NCBI GenBank assembly: GCA_031835245.2
Contig: JAVKOQ020000047.1
Location: forward strand, 236,120-256,119
Source: Balamuthia mandrillaris
Lineage: Eukaryota
Length of the DNA stretch: 20,000 nucleotides
Reading direction: 5' to 3'
Shown: piece by piece, positions 1 to 9,714 of the stretch
Layout of the letters: each line of letters begins with the position of its first letter
Numbering within the stretch: the stretch's first letter is position 1
The notes under the pieces: model-generated
The model's database searches: none
Told to the model about the DNA's origin: nothing
The model's input: only the letters and a program-made list of their open reading frames with translations
Position numbers and translations under genes: made by a program

Positions 1-82
1 AAAATACAACAAGAATAATCGAATCTCACGTCCTGTTTTGCACTGCTCGTGCATTGTTTTTGTATGGTTTGGTTTACTAGTT

Positions 83-1621
83 TTACTTGTCGACGCCTCC
101 CTTGGCCTTGGGCAAATACTTCCTTCGTTCCTGCAACTCCCTGTCCAACCACCAGATGGCACCCTGGGGCAGGGTGTTCTTGGCTTCCTCCAAGTAGGCT
201 TCTGCCTCTTCAAGCTTCTTCCTGGCCTCCTCCAAGGCAGCCTCAGCAGCTTCCTTGGCCCTCTCAGAGTTCTCTCTGGCTCGCTCGGCGTCAGCCCTGG
301 CCTGCTCGGCCTCTGCTCTGGCTTGCTCTGCCTCTCTGGCAGCCTGCTCAGCAGCAGCTCTGGCCTGCTCTGCTTCTCTGGCAGCCTGTTCGGCAACAGC
401 TCTGGCTTCCTCGGCCTCGCGAGCAGCAGCTTGGGCGGCGGCGCGAGCCTTTTCAGCCTCACGAGCAGCAGCTTGAGCAGCGGCACGAGCTTGCTCCGCC
501 TCTCTTGCCGACTTCTCGGCAGCAGCTCTGGATGCCTCAGCTTCTCTAGCAGACGCTTCGGCAGCGGCTCTGGCCTCAGCAGCAGCCTGAGCAGCCCTTT
601 CAGCCTTCTTCACAGCAGCCTCCAGGGTGATCTTGGCACGACGCAAGGGGAGAGGGTCCTCCTGCAAGTGTTGGGCCAGCTCGTTCTTGGCCTTGTTGCG
701 AGAGACCAAACCACCTTCCTCGCTGGCTCTCTTCAGCTCTGCCGTCTTGTTGTTGTAGGCATCCTCCTGGGCCTTCACCTCTGCCAACGCTGCTTCCTGC
801 TCCTCCTTGGCCGCCCTCAGCTCCTCCTCCTTGGCCACTGCCTCGGCCTCCTGCTCCTTGGCCTTGGCCTCGTTGGCACGAGCGTCGGCTTCTCTGGCCT
901 TGGCATCGGCCTCTCTCTGAATGGCTTCCGCCTCTCTGGCCTTGGCCTCCTGCTCCCTGGCAATGGCCTCCGCCTCTCTCTCCTTGGCTTCCGCCTCCCT
1001 CGCCTTGGCATCCGCCTCGCGAGCGAGAGCGTCAGCCTCCCTTTGCTTAGCATCGGCCTCGGCGGCCAAAGCTTCAGCTTCAGCGGCCTTGGCGTCAGCT
1101 TCTCTGGCTTTGGCGTCGGCCTCTCTCGCTTGAGCTTCCTTCAAGGCAGCAGCGGCCTCCTCTGCGCGGGCCTCGGACTCCTGGAAAGCGGCCTGCACCT
1201 CATCCAACAACCTTTGGGCCTTATCAATCTCCTCCTTGCTGCCTTGGGGAGCGTTGACCAGCTCATGCCAGTCCACATTGAAGCGGATGATGAGGATGTG
1301 GATCAAGGGGACCAGCTTGACCTTGGCACCGATGGCTCCCGTCGAGCGCAATTTCTCTCTCATGGTTTGAACGGTCATGGTCTCTTGGAACTTCTCCAAG
1401 AAGCGGTGGGCCTGCAGCTCGTCCAGCGCATTTCCTTCGGACTTTTTGCCGTGGTCCAACTCGTCGCACTGGTGCTTGTACTGCCACAGGCGCTCCGCGT
1501 TATCCTTTCCGTGTTCCTCCCAGAAGGAGTTCAGGAACCAAATGACCTGTTCCTTGTAGGTCTTGCTGGAGAGGTCCTCCAGCTTTTCCAAGTCGTTCGA
1601 ACCTTGCAAAACCAGTGTCAT
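83..1621 (-). CDS. ABP34-like (34 kDa F-actin-bundling protein family) protein with long heptad-repeat arms, 512 aa, intronless
   Basis: N-terminal YKEQVIWFLNSFW and C-terminal GAIWWLDRELQERRKYLPK match my recollection of Dictyostelium ABP34 motifs (QQAVHFLNAYW; GAIWWMNRDLEEKKKRYGP). The central KAKNELAQ...ITLEAAVKKA hairpin is also conserved. A/E/R/K heptad arrays are inserted on both sides of it. Confidence 0.8.
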   Translation of the reverse strand: MTLVLQGSNDLEKLEDLSSKTYKEQVIWFLNSFWEEHGKDNAERLWQYKHQCDELDHGKKSEGNALDELQAHRFLEKFQETMTVQTMREKLRSTGAIGAKVKLVPLIHILIIRFNVDWHELVNAPQGSKEEIDKAQRLLDEVQAAFQESEARAEEAAAALKEAQAREADAKAREADAKAAEAEALAAEADAKQREADALAREADAKAREAEAKEREAEAIAREQEAKAREAEAIQREADAKAREADARANEAKAKEQEAEAVAKEEELRAAKEEQEAALAEVKAQEDAYNNKTAELKRASEEGGLVSRNKAKNELAQHLQEDPLPLRRAKITLEAAVKKAERAAQAAAEARAAAEASAREAEASRAAAEKSAREAEQARAAAQAAAREAEKARAAAQAAAREAEEARAVAEQAAREAEQARAAAEQAAREAEQARAEAEQARADAERARENSERAKEAAEAALEEARKKLEEAEAYLEEAKNTLPQGAIWWLDRELQERRKYLPKAKGGVDK

Positions 1622-2078
1622 TCTACAGGAGTTTGAGCGGAAGTAGCTAGCACGAGTGTCGGTGTGTGAAGTTGTTTTAAAATTTGAACAATAATAAAAA
1701 TAATAAGATTTGATTTTAAAAATTGGCGAATAAGTTGGCAGGAAGGACGCCGCCTCTAACGTAGTGGAGAAGAAAGCGAGAAAATGGACGGTTATTATTC
1801 TTTCGGGAGGTGAGCTCGGTTACCGTTACCTTTGAAGCTTGCTACACCGAGCGCAACGCTCTTGTTGTCCATCCAGCTAAGCAGGACCGACCGCCAAGAT
1901 AGGTTGGACAGGGCCGGTGTCCGGCCATTTGATCTCATATATCCTAGCTTATATTGCCAGAGACCCCTCAAGCCCGAACTTTTGGCTTTTTGGCCGTCAC
2001 TCTCTCCCCTTCTATTTTAGCGCAAATCATACAAGACTCAAGAAACGCACAGAAGAGAAGCGGGCTACGAAGTTAGAG
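1622..2078. promoter_or_regulatory. 457-bp divergent intergenic region, probable bidirectional promoter
   Basis: Lies between two head-to-head ATGs (1621 on minus, 2079 on plus), with an AT-rich patch at 1675-1725. The function is inferred from position only. Confidence 0.45.
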
Positions 2079-3416
2079 ATGGCACAAGTGTTAACGGGAG
2101 CGAACGATTTGGAGAAGTTGGAGCAGCTGGCCACCAAGACCTACAAGGAACAGGCCGTGTGGTTCCTCAATGCCTTCTGGGAGGACTTTGCCAAGGAGGA
2201 GGCGGAGAGGTTGTGGAAGTTCAAGCACCAGTGCGACGAGCTGGACCACGCCAAGAAGGCCCAGGGCTGCGCTCTGGACGAGCTGCAGGCTCACCGCTTC
2301 TTGGAGAAGTTCCAAGAGACCATGACCGTCCAGTCCATGAGAGACAAGCTGCGGTCCACAGGAGCCATCGGTGCCAAGGTCAAGCTGGTCCCCTTGATCC
2401 ACATCCTCATCATCCGCTTCACCGTGGACTGGCACACCCTGGTCAATGCCCCCCAAGGCAGCAAGGAGGAGATCGCCAAGGCTCAACAGCTGTTGGACGA
2501 AGTGCAGGCCGCCTTCCAGGAGGCCGAGGCCCGCGCAGAGGAGGCTGCTGCTGCCTTGAAGGAAGCTCAGGCCCGGGAGGCTGATGCCAAAGCCAGAGAA
2601 GCTGATGCCAAGGCCAGGGAAGCCGAGGCCAAGGCCGCTGAGGCCGACGCCAAAGCACGAGAAGCCGAAGCTCACTCTCGTGCTGAAGAAGCTGCGGCTA
2701 GAGCGGAGGAGGCTAAGGGGAGGGAAGCCGAAGCCAAGGAACGAGAAGCTGAGGCGGCAGCCAGGGAGGAGGAGCTGAGAGCGGCCAAGGAGGAGCAGGA
2801 AGCAGCGTTGGCGGAGGTGAAGGCCCAAGAGGATGCCTACAACAACAAGACGGCAGAGCTGAAGAGAGCCAGCGAGGAAGGCGGTTTGGTCTCTCGCAAC
2901 AAGGCCAAGAACGAGCTGGCCCAGCACTTGCAGGAGGACCCTCTCCCCTTGCGTCGTGCCAAGATCACCCTGGAGGCGGCTGTGAAGAAGGCCGAAAGGG
3001 CTGCTCAGGCTGCTGCTGAGGCCAGAGCCGCTGCCGAAGAGTCTGCTAGACAAGCCGCTCAAGCCAGAGCGAACGCCGAAGAGTCAGCCAGGCAGGCTGC
3101 CGCTGCTGCAGAGGAGGCTAGTAGGGCCCGCGCCGCCGCGGAACAAGCCGCCCGACAGGCAGAGCAAGCCAGAGCCCAGGCAGAGCAGGCCAGAGCGCAA
3201 GCAGAGCAGGCCAGGCAAAACTCAGAGAGGGCCAAGGAAGCGGCTGAGGAAGCGTTAGAGGAGGCCAAGAGGAAAGTGGAGGAAGCGGAGGCGTACTTGG
3301 AAGAAGCAAAGGCTCGTCTGCCACAGGGAGCCATCTGGTGGATGGAAAGGGAGTTGCATGAGGCGAGGGCGTATTTGCCCAAGAGCAAGGGTGGTTACAA
3401 CAAAAACGAGAAGTAA
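2079..3416 (+). CDS. ABP34-like actin-bundling paralogue, 445 aa, intronless
   Basis: Paralogue of 83..1621. The ATG at 2079 (MAQVLTGANDLEKL) aligns with MTLVLQGSNDLEKL, so the GTG start at 1917 in the ORF track is too far upstream. Motifs EQAVWFLNAFW and GAIWWMERELHE are present. Confidence 0.82.
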   Translation: MAQVLTGANDLEKLEQLATKTYKEQAVWFLNAFWEDFAKEEAERLWKFKHQCDELDHAKKAQGCALDELQAHRFLEKFQETMTVQSMRDKLRSTGAIGAKVKLVPLIHILIIRFTVDWHTLVNAPQGSKEEIAKAQQLLDEVQAAFQEAEARAEEAAAALKEAQAREADAKAREADAKAREAEAKAAEADAKAREAEAHSRAEEAAARAEEAKGREAEAKEREAEAAAREEELRAAKEEQEAALAEVKAQEDAYNNKTAELKRASEEGGLVSRNKAKNELAQHLQEDPLPLRRAKITLEAAVKKAERAAQAAAEARAAAEESARQAAQARANAEESARQAAAAAEEASRARAAAEQAARQAEQARAQAEQARAQAEQARQNSERAKEAAEEALEEAKRKVEEAEAYLEEAKARLPQGAIWWMERELHEARAYLPKSKGGYNKNEK

Positions 3417-3618
3417 ACCGACCATTGCCCTTGCTATAATGTATCAGTACTACTGCTGTAGGTATCGAGAGAAAACAAACACTTTTTAACCTGTTGTGTT
3501 CTTTATTCTTTTATTTTATTGGTAGCCGGAGACTGTTCGTAGTATTAATATGCAAGGCTAACGAGCATTATAGCATGAAAGGAAAAAAATGTGGCGAAAA
3601 CAAGAAACGCAAGTCGCT

Positions 3619-4644
3619 TTAGTCTTCCTCATCAAGTTGGTCTTCCTCATCCTCGTCCTCTTCAACTTTGCCTTGGTACGTCTCCTCCTCAATGTTGACC
3701 CATATCTTGTCACCAGTGGCGATGTGAGGAGGCACACTCACCGTTCTTCCATTTTCCAGTTTCACTTTTCTAGGGCTAATCGTTCACAGTTCATTCCACA
3801 CATCAGCAACTTCAAAACAAAAACAAACACACAAAAACACAAAGAAGTGCTTGCCTTGGACTGGCTTGAGTATCACGCATGTTCACCCCTCCATCGGCCA
3901 CCGTCACTGCAGCTCGTGCTTTTTTTTTTCACAATTGGTTAGACGAATGACAAGAGAAAGAAGGAGGAACACTTACTAGGGAGAATAATGATAAGAGGCT
4001 TTTCTTCGTAAGTCTTGAGACGGACCCTCATTCCCTCTGCATATATCGTGTATCAGCAATGTAAGACATGATAAGTCGTTACTAGTGTGGAAGAAAGAAA
4101 AACCAAGCAAAAAAGCGTAGGTCTAACCCTTCAAGTAGGTTGTGCGATGGCCCAACTTAGAGGCAGGACAGCTCACAGTGATGCCTTCTTCCATATTCTC
4201 AAATAGGAGTTTGTCTTTCTCTTGCCCTTTGTAAGTGAAGGTTCCTTTTTCCAATATAACATCTTTCAAAGGGTCACCGACATTGGTGAGGAGAATAAGA
4301 GAGAAAGAGAAAGAACAGAAATAAGGACCTTCGACATTTTCAGCAGAGCGAAAACGTTCAATCTTACGAACACCCGTTTCCAAGTCCTTAATGGTTGCAC
4401 TGACGTGGGCAGCGCCGCGGGCGGTATTCCTGGACTGTCCGATCTCTACAATCTCCCAAATGCTGCCCCGGAAGCGAAAGGCTTGCCCTCTTCTAAGATC
4501 CGCAGCCTTGACGTACGACCGACTCCAGCAACCCGTTTGCCAAGCTTTGTTCACCGACGTCCGCTGAAGACACACCAGAGAAGCCCTCCACGGCAGGAGG
4601 CTTCCTTGTCTTGCTAACATGGCAGGCGCTACGCCGACGTTCAT
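3619..4644 (-). CDS. efp: Elongation factor P family protein, probably mitochondrion-targeted; exons 4644-4329, 4262-4128, 4036-3977, 3918-3855, 3775-3619
   Basis: The spliced frame is continuous: VKAADLRRG...TARGAAHVSATIKDLETG...ERFRSAENVE...YLKEGMRV...IILP...KVKLENGRTVSVPPHIATGDKIWVNIEEETYQGK, covering all three EF-P domains. The ~44-aa N-terminal extension is R/S/L/A-rich and acid-free. Intron 4 is GC-AG. Confidence 0.88.
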
Positions 4645-4822
4645 CTTGTTGTTGTTGTGTGTTGTTGTGCCTTAAAAAAATATTGTTGCTCAACAAAATG
4701 TGCAGCATTCCTGCACGTTATTTTTTTAAGGCACAAAAAGAATGTCTCCCCCCGAGCAAGCGAGCTAAAGAGCTGCAAAGCTAGTGAAGGAGAAACAGAA
4801 ACGTGCAACATCGAGTACTGCA

Positions 4823-5664
4823 TCAGTGAGACTGCAGCTTGGCCTTCCACACGGGTCCGTCGGGGAAAGAGTACTCCTCGATGGATGCTGCGTGCATTTG
4901 AGTGCTGTAGCCGGGGTCCTGTGGTGGCATGTAACACCCGTTTCTAGGTCATGCTTCGTTTGTCAGTTCCTGAGTGGGAAGAAAAAAAAAAAACGCACAA
5001 AAGAGGCAAGAAACACGTACTTAACGACACAGGGATGCACAAAGTGTTCGTGAAGATGATCTACAAACTCAGCCCAACGCTCTTCTGTGGATCCACAGCA
5101 GTAGACATAGTCAAAGAAAATGATATGTTGAACATACTCGCACAGGCCTACTCCACCAGCATGTGGCATCACCTATTGAAAGAGCCAAACATGACAGAGG
5201 AAACTTAGCATATAAGAATAACCTTCAGGGAAGAAAAAACAGGGAGAATGTCATCAAAAGAGAGCAGAAGATGAAAACCAATACCGTCACACCAAACTTG
5301 GCGGCCATAAGAAGAACTGCGATGATCTCATTTAAGCTTCCTAAGCGACAGGAATCCAGCTGACAAATGCCCAAAGCCTCTGCCTGGAAGAACTGCTTGA
5401 ACATGATCCTGTTCTGGCAGTGTTCGCCAGTAGCTACCTCGATGCCAAGCGGAGCCAACGCTTTGCGGATCTTGGCGTGGCCAAGTACGTCATCAGGAGA
5501 AGTGGGCTCTTCGATGAACCACGGCTTGAAGGATGCCAATTCTTTCATCCAGTTTATCGCTTCATCAACGTCCCACTTTTGGTTCGCATCTACCATCATC
5601 CTCCTGTGGGCAGAAAACACGCGAAGTTGGGTCAATATGTCATTTTCCTTAGGTGCAGTAGGGA

Positions 5665-5703
<39 letters not shown>

Positions 5704-6711
5704 GAAGTAAAGTAGACCTGTCGCCTATTTCTTCACGAATGACTGCCAGCCTGCGTTTATCATCTTCCAGATCAGAGCCTACTTTCACCTTGAAAACACT
5801 CCAGCCATCGCTGATGCTCTTCCTGCACAGTTCGCGGATAGTCTCATCCGAATAGCCTAGCCATCCTGCCGACGTCGTGTAAGCGGGGTATCCCTCCGAC
5901 AACATTTTCTATTTGAACGCGACACAAACAAGAAGGAAGAGAACAGAGCCATATAAGAAATAAAAGAGAAGACGACAACGAAGCAACGGACGAGCCAAAG
6001 GGAGTAAGGAAGAGGAAAGGAGGAAAAGTTGAAGAGCTGATCACATTGAGGGCAAGACGAACCTGCATACGTTCTGCTTTGAGAGGTTCGTTGGCTTTAA
6101 GTATTTGGAGGGCCTCTTCAGGGGTAAGAGCGTCGGTGATCCACTTGAACGGGATAAGAGATACCACCTCTTCAGGAGAGAGGTCAACCAAGAGCCGCCA
6201 CACTGGCTTGCCTTCCTTCTTTGCCCAAAGATCCCAGATAGCATTGACGATGGTGGCTTGGGCCATATGTATGACGCCTTTCTCTGGGCCTAACCACCTG
6301 TACAACAACGCTTTAGAAAGACAAAGCAAAGCTGAAGGTGTGCTTACCTCAGTTGGCTTTCGTTGCTGAGACTGCTCCAATACTGACCAAAGTTAGCGGT
6401 GATGTCTTCCAGCTGCTTGCCCACCACCAAGTGTTGCATGGCTTCCACGCAAGCCAGTATCACTTCGTTTCCTCTGCCAAGGGTGAAAGAAAGACCATGA
6501 CCTTCAAGCCCTTCTTGGTCAGTCTCGAGCACAACGTAGGGCGCGCTGCAGTGGCGAGTTTGATGAGGAAAAAAAAACATTATAAAGCGCAGCGGAGGAG
6601 GCGAGAGGCGTGCCTGTAGTCAGGGTCCTTGTGCATAGCATCGGAGCCATGCATACCTTCCGAGGTAGGAAAGCGAAGGTCATAGGACCTCAGTTTAGTG
6701 ATACGAACCAT
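4823..6711 (-). CDS. ENOSF1: Mitochondrial enolase superfamily member 1 / L-fuconate dehydratase; exons 6711-6614, 6545-6348, 6297-6063, 5908-5718, 5603-5285, 5172-5021, 4943-4823
   Basis: Hallmark motifs in one spliced frame: DLRFPTS..GSDAMHKDPDYS, FTLGRGNE, SQLRWLGPEKGVIH, GYPAYTTSAGWLGY, FKVKVG, MVDANQKW, FIEEPTSPDDVLGH, ATGEHCQN, PHAGGVGLCE, EFVDHLHEHF. All splice phases are consistent and intron 1 is GC-AG. Confidence 0.95.
5667..5698 (+). repeat. (GA)n microsatellite in an ENOSF1 intron
   Basis: Perfect GA dinucleotide run, seen directly. Confidence 0.95.
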
Positions 6712-6948
6712 GGTTGGGTGGGTTAGGAGTGGCTGAGGGCTGTTTCTTTCTTTTTCTTGTTTGCACCTCAAGCCTTTCGAGCTTAAGGTGTTTCTCTTTA
6801 CGACGAACAATATTTCTAAATAAAGAAGGGCCATGTGGAACATCTCAGTGCAACAGGCTGCGGCAACATGAGACCAGTGGTGAGTTTTGGTGCGGCACAA
6901 GTCTTATTAATGCAACAGAATAAACGAGAAAACCAAAGCAAACATTCC

Positions 6949-8358
6949 TCATCCTTTTGCTGAAGACTTTTTCTTGTTTGGTTTGCTGCCTGACTTAGCA
7001 AGCCCAAAGACCACTTTGCCTACCTCACTTAGTTCGTTTTGAAAGCCGCATGCTTGGAGCAGCATGGCGATCGTCTCTCTTCGGGCTTTGGTGCATGGAG
7101 CATCCACCAATGCAGGTTGCTTTGGGAACATTTTGAAGAACTGAGCCGCCCGCATGTTGCCGCTATTGTTGGAACGTGAGCCATGTGGCATGCGTATATC
7201 CCACAAAACAACTGATCCAGCCCTCATCGGCACTCGCTTTGCAAATCGCTGGAATGGATGCGACTCTGGGAACAACACACTGTTTTGGTCTATTTCGCAA
7301 GAAAGAAAGAAAGAAAAGGTCAATACATTTCCACGCCTTGTAAAGAATTAGAAATGACAGCTAACCCCAAGCCTTCTGCTCCGTCTGACTGTGCTCGTTC
7401 TCCTTTGCCCAGGCTTCAAAGCAGTGCAGAAAACCTGGGACGCAGTGGAAACCTCCATCCTCTTCTCGGTTATCCAAAAGGTTGATGACTCCTTGAATGT
7501 GGACACCATTGGCGGAGGTGGAGTGATGAACCTGATTGTTCTCAAAGATGAAGTCATTGAGTCGATGGCGACCATACTCCAGAGCAGAGAGCTTGGGCAA
7601 GGCATGGTTGGTCTCACTAAGGAAGGCCCATGGATTCACGTCCAGATGCAAGCTTGGTGCAGTCTTCCATTGTGGCATGTCTTTCTGTTGCATCAAGTCA
7701 AGGTTAGAGCAGTTCGCCAGAAAGAAACAGAAGAAACTACACAAACCAAAGAAGAACCAAAAGGGACGCCAACAGTAGGTCTACAGAGGCCATAACGATC
7801 AATGCTTATCATCAGCTCAGTATCTTTTGTAAAGAGTGTAGAGCAAGCTTGAAGGAGCTTAGCATTTTGTCTGTTGCGAAAGGCTACTCGGGTCGTGACT
7901 GGAGCTTTGGAGGGCATGCCGTACTTTTCTATGCCAGAAGAAGGCCAGTTGCCCCATGTGCTTGGATCACTTCGTTGCCAGCGCTGTTGTAGTAGCGATC
8001 CCAGTTAGCTCAAAACACGGTTATAGAGCATACAAAACTAGGTCAAAGAACAGAGTACCTGCTTGCTTCCTTGCTCCAGCAAAGAAAAAATGTCTTCAAC
8101 TGTGTCTTGACATTCTTGTGAGGAGAAAACATCTCGAATTACTACCAAGCCATATCGTTGGTAAAACTGTTGTATGGCTTCCGTCTCCTCCAAAGCAAAT
8201 GATCTGATGTAGGTCGGATCGTCCTCTTCTCGTGGTAAGAGTACCGTTTGCAAAAAGAGGATATAATCTTCGTTGGCTCTTTGTTTTAGTGACTCGAGGC
8301 TTTCTTCTTCTTCTTCCTCCTCACTTTCTTCCTCACGCCTCACCTCTGGGTTTTGCAT
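6949..8358 (-). CDS. Phytanoyl-CoA dioxygenase (PhyH)-like Fe(II)/2-oxoglutarate dioxygenase; exons 8358-8059, 7983-7747, 7684-7366, 7289-6949
   Basis: QFYQRYGLVVIRDVFS N-terminal motif, HxD (LHLDVNPW), IQGVINL...DGGFHCVPGF, VPMRAGSVVLWDIRMPHG (distal His) and MRAAQF (2OG-binding Arg). Splice phases are consistent; the start codon is less certain. Confidence 0.85.
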
Positions 8359-8489
8359 CCTTTTCACTTCTGCCTACTTTCTTTTTTCTTTCTTTGTATC
8401 TTCTTCATTGCCGACTTCCTTTGTCTCCTTCAGTGAAAAAACAATAGTTGGTGCCGAAACGCTGGCGGTAAGAGACCTCCCTTGTGGCA

Positions 8490-8960
8490 CAAAGACTTTA
8501 GTGGGGGTTGCACCACACACTGGTAACCAGCTTTGGCTGCTCATTCACATGTCTTCTTGTTCCATGGCAGGCGAAGCGACATGCCACTATCAACCCCACC
8601 AGGTCGTCCTTCCACATGGTAATGGTCTCACACACTTCAACATTTACAATGGCCAGCATGGCTGCAACATCCCCATGGGAGTGCAGGCATGGGACGTGTT
8701 GCCTTGCTGCCTTTATTATGTGCCACTATCAGTTGTACACAAAACAGGTAATCATGCTCCAAAGTTCACCTCACTTCTCCTGACCAGGAGCTCTGGTGGC
8801 AGATCATGATGATAAAAGCATCATCATCACCATTGTCCTCTTTCATGGTGTGTGCCTTCTTTGCTTGCTTTTTCGCAGCTAAGTTCTTTTATTACCTCCA
8901 GCTGGCCTTCTCCAGTAGCAATGGCACAAGGCATTTTGTCCAGGGAGTAGTAATTAAGAA
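8490..8960 (-). pseudogene. Decayed ankyrin-repeat gene remnant (amoeba/giant-virus PW..TC..AA..G type)
   Basis: Minus-strand fragments CAIATGEGQLEVIKEL (about 8881-8928) and LPWNKKTCE*AAKAGYQCVVQ (about 8508-8570), with stops and frameshifts between them. The region is CpG-poor and TG/CA-rich. Confidence 0.5.
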
Positions 8961-9154
8961 GGGACCACTGCAGTAACAGTTCTTTTCAGCTCCTTTTTCT
9001 TCTGCTGTTTTGCAATCCTTGTTTGCCGGACAAGTATAAGGTATATCATAAACATAGATACATCCAAAGGAAGAACAACACTTGAAGTATTTGCTATAAC
9101 AAACAGTTTGGTATTTCATGAAGTTGTAACAAAGTTATTGAGGTGCGAAAATGC

Positions 9155-9188
9155 GGAACCAAGGGAACCTGCTTGGTTCCCTGGTTCC
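9155..9188. repeat. Compound inverted repeat GGAACCAAG-N8-CTTGGTTCC (also foldable as a ~14-bp stem) at the island boundary
   Basis: 9155-9163 GGAACCAAG is the perfect reverse complement of 9172-9180 CTTGGTTCC, with the 8-bp spacer GGAACCTG. An extra GGTTCC lies at 9183-9188. The sequence becomes very AT-rich immediately afterwards. Confidence 0.85.
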
Positions 9189-9714
9189 ATAGCAAAAATT
9201 TCAGACTTAGAAAAAATTTCAACGTTCTCTAAGCCAAAATGATTGAAAAAAGGGAAAATTGATGTTTATTAATAAAAAAAAGGAATACCATGCTTTTGTT
9301 TGAAAAAATAAAAAAGGTTCTTGTAGAACTCAACATGCTCTATCCAATGAGCTTATTTACAAAGAGTAAAAATATTTTATGACTGAGTAATTAATTTTAT
9401 ACATGATTTTGTATTTTAAAAATAATAGAAAATATTTGTGAAACTGACTGACAAATGGATAGATAAATAGATAAATAAATGAATAAATGAATGTTTAAAA
9501 AGTGTTTCATTAATATTGAATGAATGAATAAACAAGGGAAAAAAAATGTTCCACAACATAAAAAAACAAAACCTTGCAAAAACAAACAACAATTAAATCA
9601 AAACAACAACTTAAAAACAAAATAAAAATTCTTCATTCTTTCCTAAACTATCATTGTTGTTGTTGCATAAATATAGCTCTACTATCATTATTATAAAAAT
9701 GATGATGATAATAA

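Noticed and set aside
250..1130. 21-bp periodic repeats as a CRISPR array or non-coding satellite
   Set aside because: They are degenerate coding heptads with no unique spacers, and there are no cas genes.
38..1636. 532-aa plus-strand ORF, and likewise the 323-aa minus-strand ORF 2091..3062
   Set aside because: Antisense shadows of the GC-rich, repetitive ABP34-like genes; L/S/G-biased composition with no domain.
1917..2078. N-terminal extension of the plus-strand paralogue from GTG 1917
   Set aside because: Paralogue alignment starts at ATG 2079, and GTG starts are a prokaryotic ORF-finder artefact here.
83..3416. Bacterial TolA-like call for the Ala/Glu/Lys-rich proteins
   Set aside because: The similarity would come only from low-complexity helical repeats. 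There is no transmembrane anchor, the terminal motifs match ABP34, and the context is eukaryotic.
8273..9119. ORFs 8273..8809 (+) and the Cys-rich 8892..9119 (-) as real genes
   Set aside because: No coherent domain. The Cys/His/Met richness is what TG/CA-enriched decayed DNA produces, and the ankyrin fragments lie in several frames.
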